Assembly (NCBI RefSeq): GCF_004010195.1
Contig: NC_057743.1
Span: forward strand, 21,104,141 to 21,168,140
Source of the DNA: Chiloscyllium plagiosum
Lineage: Eukaryota
Direction: 5' to 3'
Length of the DNA: 64,000 nucleotides
Position numbers and translations under genes: made by a program. Shown one piece after another: positions 1 to 11,471 of the stretch; the first letter of the stretch is position 1; each line of letters opens with the position of its first letter. The notes beneath the pieces were generated by a model. That model saw only the letters and a list, made by a program, of their open reading frames with translations. It did not search any database and was not told the DNA's origin.

Positions 1-997
1 CTTGCTAATACCCGTGAAAATTAGCCTTTCCCCTATTTGGAACTTCAACTTTTAGATCTGGTCTATCCTTTCCCATCACTATTTTAAATCTAATAGAATT
101 ATGGTTGCTGGCCCCAAAGTGCACCCCACTGACACCTCTGTCACCTGCTCTTCCTTATTTCCCAAGAGTAAGTCAAGTTTTGCACCTTCTCTTGTAGGTA
201 CATCCACCTACTGAATCAGAAAATTTTCTTGTATATGCTTAACAAATTCCTCTCCATCTAAACCCGTAACACTATGGCAGTCCCAGTCCATGTTTGAAAA
301 GTTATAATCCCCTACCATAACCACCCTATTATAGATAGCTGAGATCTCCTTACAAGTTTGTTTCTCAGTTTCCTTCTGACTATTAGGGGCTCTATAATAC
401 AATCCCAATAAGGTGATCATCCCTTTCTTATTTCTCAGTTCCACCCTAATAACTTACCTGGATGTATTTCCGGGAGTATCCTCCCTCAGCACAGCTGTAA
501 TGCTGTCCCTTTTCAAAGACACCACTCCCCCTCCCCTCTCCCCTCCATTTCTATCCTTCCTGTAGGATTTGTATCCTGGAACAGTAAGCTGCCAGTCCTG
601 CCCATCCCTGAGCCATGTTTCTGTAATTGCTATGATATCCCAGTCCCATGTTCCTAACCATGCCCTGAGTTCATCTGCCTTCCCTGTTAAGCCCCTTGCA
701 TTGAAATAAATGTGGTTTATTAGTCCTACCTTGTCCCTGCCTGCCCTGACTGAGTCGCTTCTATTCTGAACTGTACCAGTCTCAGATTGATCTCTTTCCT
801 CACTATCTCTCCGGACGCACATGCATGCATGCACCACGCACCCACACCTCCCCCCACCTTTACTAGTTTAAATGCTCCTGAGCAGCTCTAGCAAATCTCC
901 CTGCCAGTATATTAGTCCCCTTCCAATTTAGGTGCAATCCGACCTTATTGTACAGGTCACTTCTACTCCAAAACAGATTCCAATGATCCAAAAATGT
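1..997 (-). mobile_element. CR1/HER1-type LINE internal fragment: ORF1 C-terminus (SGNH/GDSL esterase-like) and ORF2 N-terminal APE endonuclease
   Basis: Minus strand gives FLDHWNLFWSRSDLYNKVGLHLNWKGTNILAGRF* (ORF1 end, stop at 863-865), then IYFNARGLTGKADELRAW..DIIAITETWL and GLYYRAPNS..VMVGDYNF (APE motifs). Frameshifted and runs off the window edge. Confidence 0.9.
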
Positions 998-1248
998 GTT
1001 TTACCACACCTCAGTCTTTGACCACATATAGCACCATCAGATTCTGCTTGCTTGCTGATTCATAGTGTAATTATATATCCAAATTAAGCCTGTCTTCCAC
1101 ATTTCTATTTTGACTCTCTTGCATTGATTGCTACAAATGCCAGGGAAATTGGGTCAGACTAGTATGCTGATGCAGACCTAATGCCACATTGGTGTATGGG
1201 ATTGTCTCTGGCTGGAAATAACAAAAGTAAACTCTATTTCAGAAAAGG

Positions 1249-1427
1249 AGAAAGTGAGGACTGCAGATGCTGGAGATCAGAGCTGAAAAATGTGTTGCTG
1301 GAAAAGTGCAGTAGGTCAGGCAGCATCCAAGGAGCAGGAGAATCGACGTTTTGGGCATACACACGATTATCCTGCTCCTTGGATGCTGCCTGACCTGCGC
1401 TTTTCCAGCAACGCATTTTTCAGCTCT
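1249..1427. mobile_element. Penelope-like element terminal-repeat mini-insertion with foldback structure
   Basis: Matches the PLE terminus at 23800-23901. Arms 1279-1345 and 1364-1427 are reverse complements. A 17-bp direct repeat CTCTATTTCAGAAAAGG lies at 1232-1248 and 1424-1440. Confidence 0.8.
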
Positions 1428-1504
1428 ATTTCAGAAAAGGCATTTTTGGCACTGCAATAAATGGGTAAATATTAAATGAATCCTTAAGTACAATAATATG
1501 CTGT

Positions 1505-2158
1505 AGAGTCAGAGATGTACAGCATGGAAACAGACCCTTCGGTCCAACCCGTCCATGCCGACCAGTTATCCCAACCCAATCTAGTCCCACCTGCCAGCAC
1601 CTGGCCCATATCCCTCCAAACCCTTCCTATTCATATATCCATCCAAATGCCCCTTAAATGTTGCAATTGTACCAGCCTCCACCACATCCTCTGGCAGCTC
1701 ATTCCATACACGTACCACCCTCTGCATGAAAAAGCTGTCCCTGAGGTCTCTTTTATATTTTCCCCTCTCACCCTAAACCTATGCCCTCTAGTTCGGGACG
1801 CCCCAACCCCAGGGAAAAATCTTTGTCTGTTTATCCTATCCATGCCCCTCATAATTTTGTAAACCTCTAGAAGGTCACCCCTCAACCTCCGACACTCCAG
1901 GGAAAACAGCCCCAGCCTGTTCAGCCTCTCCCTGTAGCTCAGATCCACCAACCCTGGCAACATCCTTGTAAATCTTTTCTGAACCCTTTCAAGTTTCACA
2001 ACATCTTTCCGATAGGAAGGAGACCAGAATTGCACGCAATATTCCAACAGTGGCCCAACCAATGTCCTGTACAGCCACAACATGACCTCCCAACTCCTGT
2101 ACTCAATACTCTGACCAGTAAAGGAAAGCATACCAAACGCCTTTTTCACTATCCTATC
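1505..2158 (-). mobile_element. HER1/CR1 LINE, 5'-truncated 3' fragment
   Basis: ORF 1631-2149 (LYRTLVGPLLEYCVQFWSP..LERVQKRFTRM..RRLRGDL..TRGH) is the CR1 ORF2 C-terminus, followed by the CR1 3' UTR stem and ctctgactct tail. Confidence 0.93.
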
Positions 2159-2212
2159 AATACTGTTATTACTGTCTTGTCTCTTTTACATAGTTTTTTA
2201 AGAAAAGAGTAC

Positions 2213-2840
2213 TGGTGACCTGATGGAGATTTCTGAAATGACAAATGGGTTGGACAGGAAAGATGTAGAGAAAGGTAAACTCGGGCGGCACAGTGGTTAG
2301 CAGTGCTGCCTCACAGCGCCAGAGACCCGGGTTCAGTTCCACCTTAGGCAACTGTCTGTGGAGTTTGCACATTCTCCCCGTGTCTGCGTGGGTTACCTCC
2401 CACAGTCCAAAAATGTGCAGGTGAAGTGAATTGGCCTTGCTAAATTGCCTGTAATGTTAAGTGCATTAGTCAGAGGGAAATGGGTCTGGGTGGGTTGCTC
2501 TTCGGAGTGTCAGTGTGGACTTGTTGGGCTGAAGGGCCTGTTTCCATACTGTAAGTAATCTAATCTAAAATGTGTCCCTTCTGGCGGTTCAAAGCTAGGG
2601 ACCCATAAGTACAAGATAGTTACCAATCCTGTATGAGTAAACTTTAAACCCTTAACCACATGGGGCAGTTGAGATATGGGATATTCAAAAGGAAACTAGA
2701 ATAGGTGAGAAGAAAAACAGTCAAAATCAATGAAAAAATAAATGTAGTTTAGGGAGGAGATCAGTGTGCTAACCCATGGATTATGCATTGGTACCAACTA
2801 GTTAGGGTGAGTGGCTTGTTTCTGTGCTGTATATTCTATG
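2213..2840 (+). mobile_element. Older CR1 3' fragment interrupted by a SINE
   Basis: ggtgacctgatggagatttctgaaatg (GDL.E) resumes after the SINE and ends in a ..ttgtttctgtgctgtatattctatg CR1 tail. Confidence 0.6.
2283..2567 (+). mobile_element. HE1-type tRNA-derived SINE
   Basis: tRNA-like head with A/B boxes (GTGGTTAGC..GGGTTCAGTTCC), central gtggagtttgcacattctccccgtgtctgcgtggg domain, LINE-like tail gaagggcctgtttcc and taatctaatcta. Confidence 0.9.
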
Positions 2841-2932
2841 TAATTTCAAGTATCTGATTTGGAAACATACATTTTTGGTAAATCTTCTATCATTTTCAAC
2901 TTCTTTTAATCCTGCTTGTTGCAATCCATTTC

Positions 2933-3664
2933 GAGTCATAGAGATGTATAGCATGGAAACAGACCTTTTGGTCCAACTCGTCCATGCCGACCAGATATCC
3001 TAACCTAATCTAGTCCAATTTACCAGCACTTGGCCCATGTCCCTCTAAACCCTTCCTATATATATACCCATTTGGATCCCTTTTAAATGTTTTAATTGTA
3101 CCAGACTCCTCCGCTTCTTCTTGCAGCTCATTCCATGTATGTAGCTCCCTCTGCGTGAAAACGGTGCTCCTTCGGCCCCTTTTAAAGTTTTTCTTATCTC
3201 ATCCTAAGTCTGCCTTCTAGTTCTGGACTCCCCCACATCAGGGAAAAGACTCTGTCAATTTACACTATCCAGTACTAACATGATTTTATAAACCTCTATA
3301 AGATCACCCTTCAACCTCCTAGGGCAAACAGCCCCAGCCTGTTCAGCATCTCCCTGTAGCTATAATCCTCCAACATTGGTAACATGCTTGTAAAGCTTTT
3401 CTGAACCTTTTCAAGTTTCGCAAGGTCCTTCCAATATGAAGGAGACCAGATTTGCGCACACTATTCCAAAAGTGGCCTAACCATTGTCCTGTACAGCCAC
3501 AACATGACCTCTCAACTCCTATACTTGGTGTTCTGTCCGATAAAGGAAAGCATACCAAACACCACCATCGCTATCTTATCTACCTGCGACTCCACTTTTA
3601 AGGAACTGTGAACCTGCACTCAAAGGTCTCTTTGTTCAGCAACACTCCCCAGGACTTTACCATT
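2933..3664 (-). mobile_element. HER1/CR1 LINE 3' fragment
   Basis: Colinear with 1505-2158 but more diverged, with frameshifts. Confidence 0.9.
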
Positions 3665-6600
3665 TCTTACCACATTTCTTTATGAAAATAAGGACAAGTA
3701 TTATTTAACCTTCGTATCATCTGTATCCTAGTTCAGACTCCACAAAATGTCTTATGATCTCCATCCATACCACTGAATTTTTTTTCTTATGCTTCTTCTG
3801 GCCATCACCTTGCCTTGTAGGGCTTTTGTGGTTGCTGATTATTTCTGGTATTTCACAAACTACCATTATTCATAGATAAACATATTCACTGACGTTCCAG
3901 ACTTTGGGTCATAAGCAACTGTAAATATACTTGTCAGTAGTGCAGCTTCACCAGCATAAAACTGCTAAAGAAACTGTTTGAAGGAATGCAGAGGTATGGT
4001 TATAGAGCAAGAGAGATCTACTATAGGACTAACTTGAAGTTAGTGGGATATGGTCATGATTTGGCAACAGCAATGATAATTTTAAAAGCGACATTGCTAC
4101 ACTGCATGTCAAATCTAGACCTGTAGGATTCATCTCCTCTGGATGATGATGAGCTTCATCTTATAATTTCAGACTAAGATGGAGATAAAACCTATTGACT
4201 ATATGATTATCTTCCACAAAGCAGAACTGGTTAGACAAGTTAACTGCCCATTCAACTGAGATTTGCAAGCTTGGCCAAGATCAAGAGTTGCCTTTAGGCT
4301 GTATGATTGAATGGGCTTTCTACCTGGGTGGTAGTTTTATTTGAGTCATTAGAGTGTTGAGAATTATTTAGCTGAATAATTTCAATTTTTATGCCCTTTG
4401 TGCAGTGTTTCAAAATGCTAGGATTTCTGTGTAGAATAGTTTTAGTTTTTGCAAATTGCTATCAAGTACATGTTACGATCTAGAATAATACTAGACTAGA
4501 CAATTAAGTATGGATCTAAGTTTAATGACTATGTTCAGGATATAATCAAGGGATAACTTCTTCAAGCCAAATATGAAGAAATATTCAATGTTTGGTTTTG
4601 GTGCAAAACTCTTTAAAAGCAACGGTTGAAACTACTGAATCATAGCAGCATTCTGGTTTTTGAACATTACCACCTGGAACTCTGTTCTGATTCCTGTTTT
4701 GGTAAAGATAAGCCATACTTGCAGTTGTGCAGATATGTGGTGTTGTCGTCTCCTGCTTTATTGCAGCAATAGGAACAGCAAATCCTGTGCAGTTACTTGC
4801 TTTGAACTCCTCCACTGAATGTTCTTTGCTTTGCAGGTGGTGGTTTTCAACCATTTTACCACAATCTTGTGGAGCTTTCTAAAAGTGCGTTGTTCTAAAT
4901 CTATGCTATTTAACCTGAATACTAGGTTGACTGCTTTCATTTTACATGGCACTTTTTAAAACTTTTTTTTCTCCTTGTTAAAGCTTCAACCTTACAAAAC
5001 AGATTTTCTAGAGCCCATAAAATTTGTTTATAATATGCATTTCTTGGTTTCTCGGAATCCTAAAATGAAGCACAAAAACAGAATTCAGCTTAATGTCTAA
5101 ATGAAACCCAGGCATTTGAAATTTTGAGGTGCAGTTGCCAACAGAATAGTTAGCAAATAGGTTTAAGTACAAGTACATAGCTTGTAGTTGGAAACTTCAT
5201 AGATTCTGTCATATAAAGAAATTATTGCTATACCAAATGAGTTACTATATGTTAGGTTGAATGCGCAGTTGGTTTTGATCAGAGACCCTAATTTCCCATC
5301 ATGCTATAGATTTTAAGTTAGTGATTACTTTTTGAAATGGGTAATTGAATTTTTAATATTTCCTCTGCCGTCCCCAAGTGAAAGGGCGGTGACTCTGCAG
5401 TTTCTGCTAACGCATCATATGTGACAAGACCGTGTATTTTGTAAGATGGAATTCAAAGCAGATAAGTAGTGTTGCAAAAGCATATATAAAACCTAAACAA
5501 ATCACATGATTGAATTAAGATAATATTTGAAGGAAATGCTGCTGAAATACTGGAGCTATCAAATTGGACCCATAATAAGACAAACATATGTGAACTTGAG
5601 TTCAAGTTGTGAATTTTTGAGGTGTAAAATAAATTTGCTTCACACAGAATCCAACTTTAAAAACCATTTGGAGAGAGTTTTCAGAATTACCATGAGCCCT
5701 ATTTATCCTCTGAATTTTAAGGCTGTTGGAATATAGTATGATACGGTAAATTCTTCGAATCTCATTTTATAGTCTGCTCATTTTTAATCCGCTTTTGTCT
5801 TAACTCATTTCACTTGCTCAGCAGTTTGGCTTTGCTTTAATGTTGCGTTCAGTTCTATGGCCTGAATTCACTTGAAGTACAGAAACCTTTCACCATCCAA
5901 AGTTTCTCCACTTCCCATCAGTATTAGATTGGGCGTCAGTTAAGATTGCATTCAGGCTAGATATTGTTGACATTAAGCGAAACTACTGTGCTCTTTTTAA
6001 TGTAATATGACAACCATATTATAAAGTAACGGCAATGTTGAGCTCGTGATCTAATCAAATATGTTTAAACTAGTCATTTAATAGCCAGCAATTTGAGTGC
6101 AGTTTTGTTGTGATTTATATTCTGAACATAAATCAACAGTTCAAAGCTTTGTGTAAACATGACTGAGTCTCTGCGCAACCCTTTCTTCTGGAAAGTTCAG
6201 GTGCACTTGGTCTTTGGATGGCTGTAGTTTCTTTGTTCACCTAGGATACCCTAATGAAAAGTATGAATGTCAAGTTGGGCATGTTGGGTGGCACCAGCTA
6301 TGAGTTTGCCAAGCAATTTGGAGGCAGCACAATTTTCTTTCTATTAACTACTAGTTTGAATTTTGTGGATTTGGAGACTTGAGTAGCTGTGGTATCTAGC
6401 ACAAGAGCTATGTAACTGGATTAAGTTAGACTTGAGGCATTACATAGATTTTTTTTGACAAAATCCTACAGAAGTTGATCGCAGCTCTTCAAGCCAATTT
6501 GCCCAAACATATTCTTAAAGGAATGTGAGGCATGGGAACAGGACATATGGTGGGTGAGGTCCATTACTCATGAAGGAGGTGGACTTGTTGGGCTCTTCTA

Positions 6601-6711
6601 TTATAAATGTTATGAAAGTGCTTCTTTTGATAAAATTAAATCAATGCTCAGATTTGTTACCAACAAGGCTTCAAATGGAGTGTAGTTTTAAACTGTATGT
6701 AGTCTTGAAGT

Positions 6712-6778
6712 CTGGATCTCTTCCAGCACCACTGATCCAGAATCTGGTTTCCAGCATCTGCAGTCATTGTTTTTACCT
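6712..6778 (+). mobile_element. 67-bp PLE terminus insertion
   Basis: ttccagcaccact..ccagcatctgcagtcattgtttttacc flanked by a 14-bp direct repeat TGTAGTCTTGAAGT (6698-6711, 6779-6792). Confidence 0.7.
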
Positions 6779-9316
6779 TGTAGTCTTGAAGTGCCTGTGT
6801 TATCCACAACAGAAAGTTTGGCTACTTCTTGTCTAGGCTAGTGCATGAAATGTTTGCTTGAGTGAAGTAAATAGCATTTGGCTAATATGAGTCAGTATGT
6901 TTGGGATCTTTGAATAAACAAAAATCCTTCTAAAAAGAATATTTCAATGCGGTCAAGATCTATGAACTGCCTGTTGATCTGACACACAAAATGAATCAAA
7001 TCCACAGTTCATGTGTTCTTCTGTTTTGTCCTTTTCCAGAACATAAATATTAATGTGATGCTTTCAACATCTTGTAACTATCAGTAAAAATTCAGCAAGA
7101 TCTTGCGCACATCAGAATTTAACAACTTATTATTTGACAAACTAGTTGACCCCATTTGCCTCAACTAATAATGTTGCATCACTTGAATTGCAAATGAGTG
7201 CACTGGGTTTCAAACTGTCTGCTGCTAAACTTTAACCCTTCAGAACAAGTTTTCTGAAAGTTAGAGCACTGACTGACTGTCCAAGGTGTCCTTGGATGTT
7301 TTTCTTTTTATCCTGGGAATTTTATTATTCCTGCATGTCACCTATGGAGATGCACTTGAATTACTTGCCTTGTTTATTTCATGAATCTCTAATGCAGATT
7401 AAATATTAAACATTCCTACAATTCATCAATCAATGCTATCCTGCCATGGAGCCATAACATTTTGCTGGGTCAAAATCCTGAAACTACTTCTGTTGGTGTA
7501 CTTAAACTAGATACATGGAGTAGTTTAAGAAGGTGGTTTACCACTTTTCAACACAGTTAGGAGTGGGCATTAGAAGCTGGCCGTAGCAGTGTGCTTGCAT
7601 CTGATAAAATAATTTTTAAGACTACCTGGGCTTCTAATTTGAGACCACCTGATTACTAAATTCAAATCCTTCCTGAATTTCTTTATCTTTTTAAGCATAA
7701 CTTCTTCTCCAGTCAACCTGTCTGCCTGGATGGCATTTGCAGCTGTTTGCAACTGTGTTCCATAGTTTTATTCACCTTAATCACTGAATTCAAAAATATG
7801 AATCTAGATCTGGATTATTTGGGGGATTTTTAGGTGAAATCAGCTTGGTGTATTGGTGTGCAGTGCCTGTTAAGAACTGGTAGTTTCATTTGACTGTCAG
7901 GTATGATGTTTCTTGAAGAGAACTTTGCCATTTGGGCATTCATGATTGCAGTGGTTCAAAATTCCGAAAGAACCACTTTGTCTAGATATGCAGACTTTTT
8001 TCAAGGATATACAGTATTTGATTCTGTTTTGCAATTTACTATTCAATCTGTTTCCATTACCTTTCTCTGGCAGCACTTTCAGATCTAAACTTTGTTCTTT
8101 TTTTTTCAAAAGAACAGTTCTCTTGATCTTAGCTCCTAAAGAGAGAGACAGTAGGGATCAACAGATTCTACCAGATACAGGGATTATTGTGATGCCCTAC
8201 AAAAGCACAGTATGGATGTTTACTCATAAGTGATGTTTTGGGTTCAAATGTCTTGAATAGTGAAAATGAATACTGAGTTTACTTTCCACACTCTTGTCAA
8301 TTTTCTAGGTCAAAAGTTGTTTTCTTAGTTTGCATATTTTTGTTTGAATATGTTGTGTAATATATTTTTTAATGATGAGTCATCAATCTAGTGCTATCTT
8401 CTGCTTTTAATGTTTTCAATTAAATTTCTATTTCAGACCACAGTGTTTAATGGGCTGATGCACCTTCAGTTCTTCATCTGGAAAGGGATCATGATCATAA
8501 ACTACTAGTCAAGTGAAAGGTCATTGCCCTTCACTGATAGTTTAATAGCTTGTTTGATGCAAATTTGACATTATCTGTGAATCTTTCTCCAATCCTCGTT
8601 ATATGTAGCCTCTTGATGGGGTGCAACTCCATGGAATCTCTTGATCTCTTGCTAAAATGGCCTGTCCTTACCCAACATTTCTTGTGGACTTTCTTGGAAT
8701 GAAACATTGGCAACTATTGTTTTTTTTCCCCATCTTCTCCACTACCATGCGTAAATGGCGACCAGTTGACTCTAACACAATTCTGACTTAGATCAACTGA
8801 CTCTGACCAAGAAATGAGCCAAGGATCTTTTATTATCTAAGGTGTAAGACCATCCCAAATATCTTATATGCATGCTCTCAATTCTACCCAACAGCTGGAC
8901 TCTTCCTTCAATGTAATAATCAGTGAGATATTATCTGCCACTTGTATTATTTTACTTAAATTGTTTAAACTTTAACTTAAGTTGCTGAGTTCTGTCATGG
9001 GGCTACCTGTAATCTCCGGTCAAGGGTGCTCGAAGTAATTTTTTTGCAGCCTTCTCCTGTAAGAAAGGATTCAGACTTGCAATTATTTGCTTAATCTACC
9101 TACATTTTTTCCTCTTAATAGCAGTTTAGAGACCAAACAAATTTGAAACTTATGGAGTATAACTAGTCCGCAAACTGAGCAAGGAACACCTACTGTTTAT
9201 GTAGGCTTGGGGCAGCCAAATAAGCATTTTATATTTATCATTGTTTGATACACCAGTTTCTATATTGACATATTAATGAAAATACTTTTGTAGTACAGAA
9301 TTAGAAATATTTTGAC

Positions 9317-9442
9317 TATAGAGGAATGCCGATTTATATCCGAACAAGGTCGGGATGCTTGACTAAACTGTGTTTATCCGACATTTGATTATCCAAACAA
9401 AACAGTCCCCATCCGTGTTCAGCTAATTAAGGTTTCTCTGTA
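9317..9442. mobile_element. Degenerate Tc1/pogo (Tigger-like) MITE
   Basis: TA-bounded imperfect TIRs (tatagaggaatgccgatt..tatccgaaca / tgttcagctaattaaggtttctctgta) with internal ttatccga motifs shared with the MITE at 54187. Confidence 0.55.
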
Positions 9443-10088
9443 TTTGGAATTTGACTCCGCTTCCATTTAAGTTTGGAAATTCAGATTCTTTCACACATGC
9501 AGTGATATCTTGCACCCATCACTACTTACAATAAAGAAATTCATCTTGATTCATAATTTTTACTTTGATTTGCCTCGTAATAAATCTTTTTGTTTAATGG
9601 CATATGCAGCTTGCTTTAGTAAATTGCTTTTTGCAGAGAGGACTGGTTTTATTCTGTTGTATTTGAAAAATTTTCTTCCACTGCTTGTGGCTGTTTGACT
9701 ATTCATAGTCAATGCAATGCAGCAACAGTACTTGAAGTAACTTGCAGGATGAGTTGTACCACTCTGCAGCTGCTAGCACCACTCAACTCTTTTTAATTTC
9801 TTTTTGTTCTATCTGTATAATTTGTAGATAAACAAGAGAAATATGGTATGTGTAGGAAAATGCAAATATGTTAACAAAAACTATGGGTGCAAATTGTTGC
9901 TTGTGATTGTTTTGAAATAATCTAGCCATTTCAGCTCATCAGCGGGTATGTTAATTGAGAATTTTTTGAGATTTGATATTTTCGCTTGACAAACCCAAGC
10001 ATCTCGTGACTGTTCTGGGCAAAATTTATTGTGGAAGTACATTATTAAAAAATCTTGGTTGGAAGTGTTTGGATTTGTGCACTATTTT

Positions 10089-10382
10089 CATAGCATCCCT
10101 ACGTTGTGGGAACAGGCCATTTGGCCCAACAAGTCCACACCATTCCAACTTGACCCATTCCCCTACCCTATTTATCTGGATCTTCTATGACTAATCCACC
10201 TAGCCCACACATCCCTGAATACTATGGGCAATTTATAATGGTTAATTCACCTAACCTGCACTTTGAACTGTGGGAGGAAACCCACGCAGGCACAGGGAGA
10301 CAGTTGCCTGAGACAGGAATTGAGCATGGGTCCCTTGGTGCTGTGAGGCAGCAGTGCTAGCCACTGAGCCGCCCTGCTGTCC
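10089..10382 (-). mobile_element. HE1-type SINE
   Basis: Reverse complement of the head (ctgtgaggcagcagtgctagccactgagcc) and tail (aacaggccatttggcccaacaagtcc) of the element at 2283. Confidence 0.85.
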
Positions 10383-11012
10383 TAATTTTGCAGACAAGCA
10401 TTGAAGTAAATACGTTTCTTCAGTTGGAGTAATGTTTTAATGCTCTTAAATCAGACTCAGCCATTGAAGCGTTTTGAAACTTGGGAATGAGTGGCAGCAG
10501 CTAAACACTGAGGGCTGTGTCCAGGTAATTATCATAAATACACACCCTGTTGTCTTGTATTTCATGTTCCAAGGTGTGTTGGGTGAATAGCAAGACAGCT
10601 AATTTGGAAAGTGAATTTTGAATCGGGTTCCAGTTTGAAGTCACATTGAATCATTTGATGACTATAAATTTGCTACACAATGAAAAGTTAGCTAATCAAT
10701 TGGCTGGCCAAAATACCTTATTTTGTGTGCTGTACAGCAAATTCTGAAAGCATTTTATTTAGCTGATATAAACTTGTGGGTTCATAGTGACTGGTCATAA
10801 GGTAGCTGTAGCTGAAATCTGTTGAGACCACTAAGTAATCTGTCCATGTCCAGCACTGCACTTACACTCCTTTCTTCTATCATCATCACCCAGCTAGTTT
10901 GGAAACTCAAGATTTTGCACAACTGCCCTGTCACTGTTGAGGATTCTGCAATTTGCCCCCTGTATGCCATCAGTTTAGTTGGTTTTAAATGATTAACCTT
11001 TTTAAGATATCC

Positions 11013-11200
11013 AGGCAAAATACTGTGGATTCTAGAAACTTGAAACTGACTATGGTGCAGAAACTCAGATCTGGGAATATCTGTGGAGAGACAGAGTTAA
11101 CTTTGAATCTTCAGAAGTTCAGTTCTGCAGAGGCCTACCAGATTCGGTTGGCTCTGTTTCTTTCTCCCCAGGTGCTGCCAGACTTAGTTTCTCAAATGTT
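11013..11200. mobile_element. Old PLE terminal-repeat remnant in inverted arrangement
   Basis: aaatactgtggattctagaaac..aactcagatctgg..atctgtggagagacagagttaac followed by ctctgtttctttctccccaggtgctgccagac. Confidence 0.5.
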
Positions 11201-11284
11201 CCAGGTTCCAAGATGTTCATACAATTGATTCTTTAGAAGTTGCTTAATATTTCATGGTATTGAAGTTATTTGAGATTTTCTGAA

Positions 11285-11318
11285 TTCTAAGGTTGTTTAT
11301 TTCTCTTCCCTCTTGCAG
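11285..11318 (+). promoter_or_regulatory. U2-type 3' splice site of SSU72 intron 1
   Basis: Branch-like TTCTAAG (11285-11291), pyrimidine tract tttatttctcttccctctt and GCAG directly before the exon. Confidence 0.85.
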
Positions 11319-11462
11319 CAAAAAAGGCTTCAATGTCCGTTCGTTTGGCACAGGAACACACGTGAAGCTACCAGGACCGGCTCCGGACAAGCCAAATATA
11401 TACGATTTCAAAACTACATATGATCAGATGTACAGTGATCTCATTAGGAAAGACAAAGAACT
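11319..11462 (+). CDS. SSU72: Internal coding exon (exon 2) of SSU72 homolog, RNA polymerase II CTD phosphatase
   Basis: AG|C AAA AAA GGC.. translates (S)KKGFNVRSFGTGTHVKLPGPAPDKPNIYDFKTTYDQMYSDLIRKDKE(L). This is nearly identical to vertebrate SSU72 (SKRGFSVRSFGTGTHVKLPGPAPDKPNVYDFKTTYDQMYNDLLRKDKEL, from memory). 144 nt, phase 2 on both sides, AG/GT boundaries. Absent from the ORF track. Confidence 0.97.
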
Positions 11463-11471
11463 GTATCCATG
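11463..11471 (+). promoter_or_regulatory. U12-type (minor spliceosome)-like 5' splice site of SSU72 intron 2
   Basis: CT|GTATCCATG matches RTATCC at +1..+6 of the U12 consensus RTATCCTTT and is a poor match to U2 GTRAGT. It deviates at +7 (A) and +9 (G). Confidence 0.8.

Noticed and set aside
1515-1862. Recurring plus-strand ORFs such as MPLKCCNCTSLHH..LNLCPLV (also 47619, 41341, 28162, 37389)
   Set aside because: These are antisense translations of HER1/CR1 3' ends, not a host gene family.
2283-2350. tRNA-like sequence (also 35015-35086)
   Set aside because: It is the SINE head continuing into the HE1 body; there is no complete cloverleaf or Pol III terminator.
4585-4952. Two overlapping minus-strand ORFs (89 and 64 aa)
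   Set aside because: No recognisable motif, splice context or family; lengths are compatible with chance.
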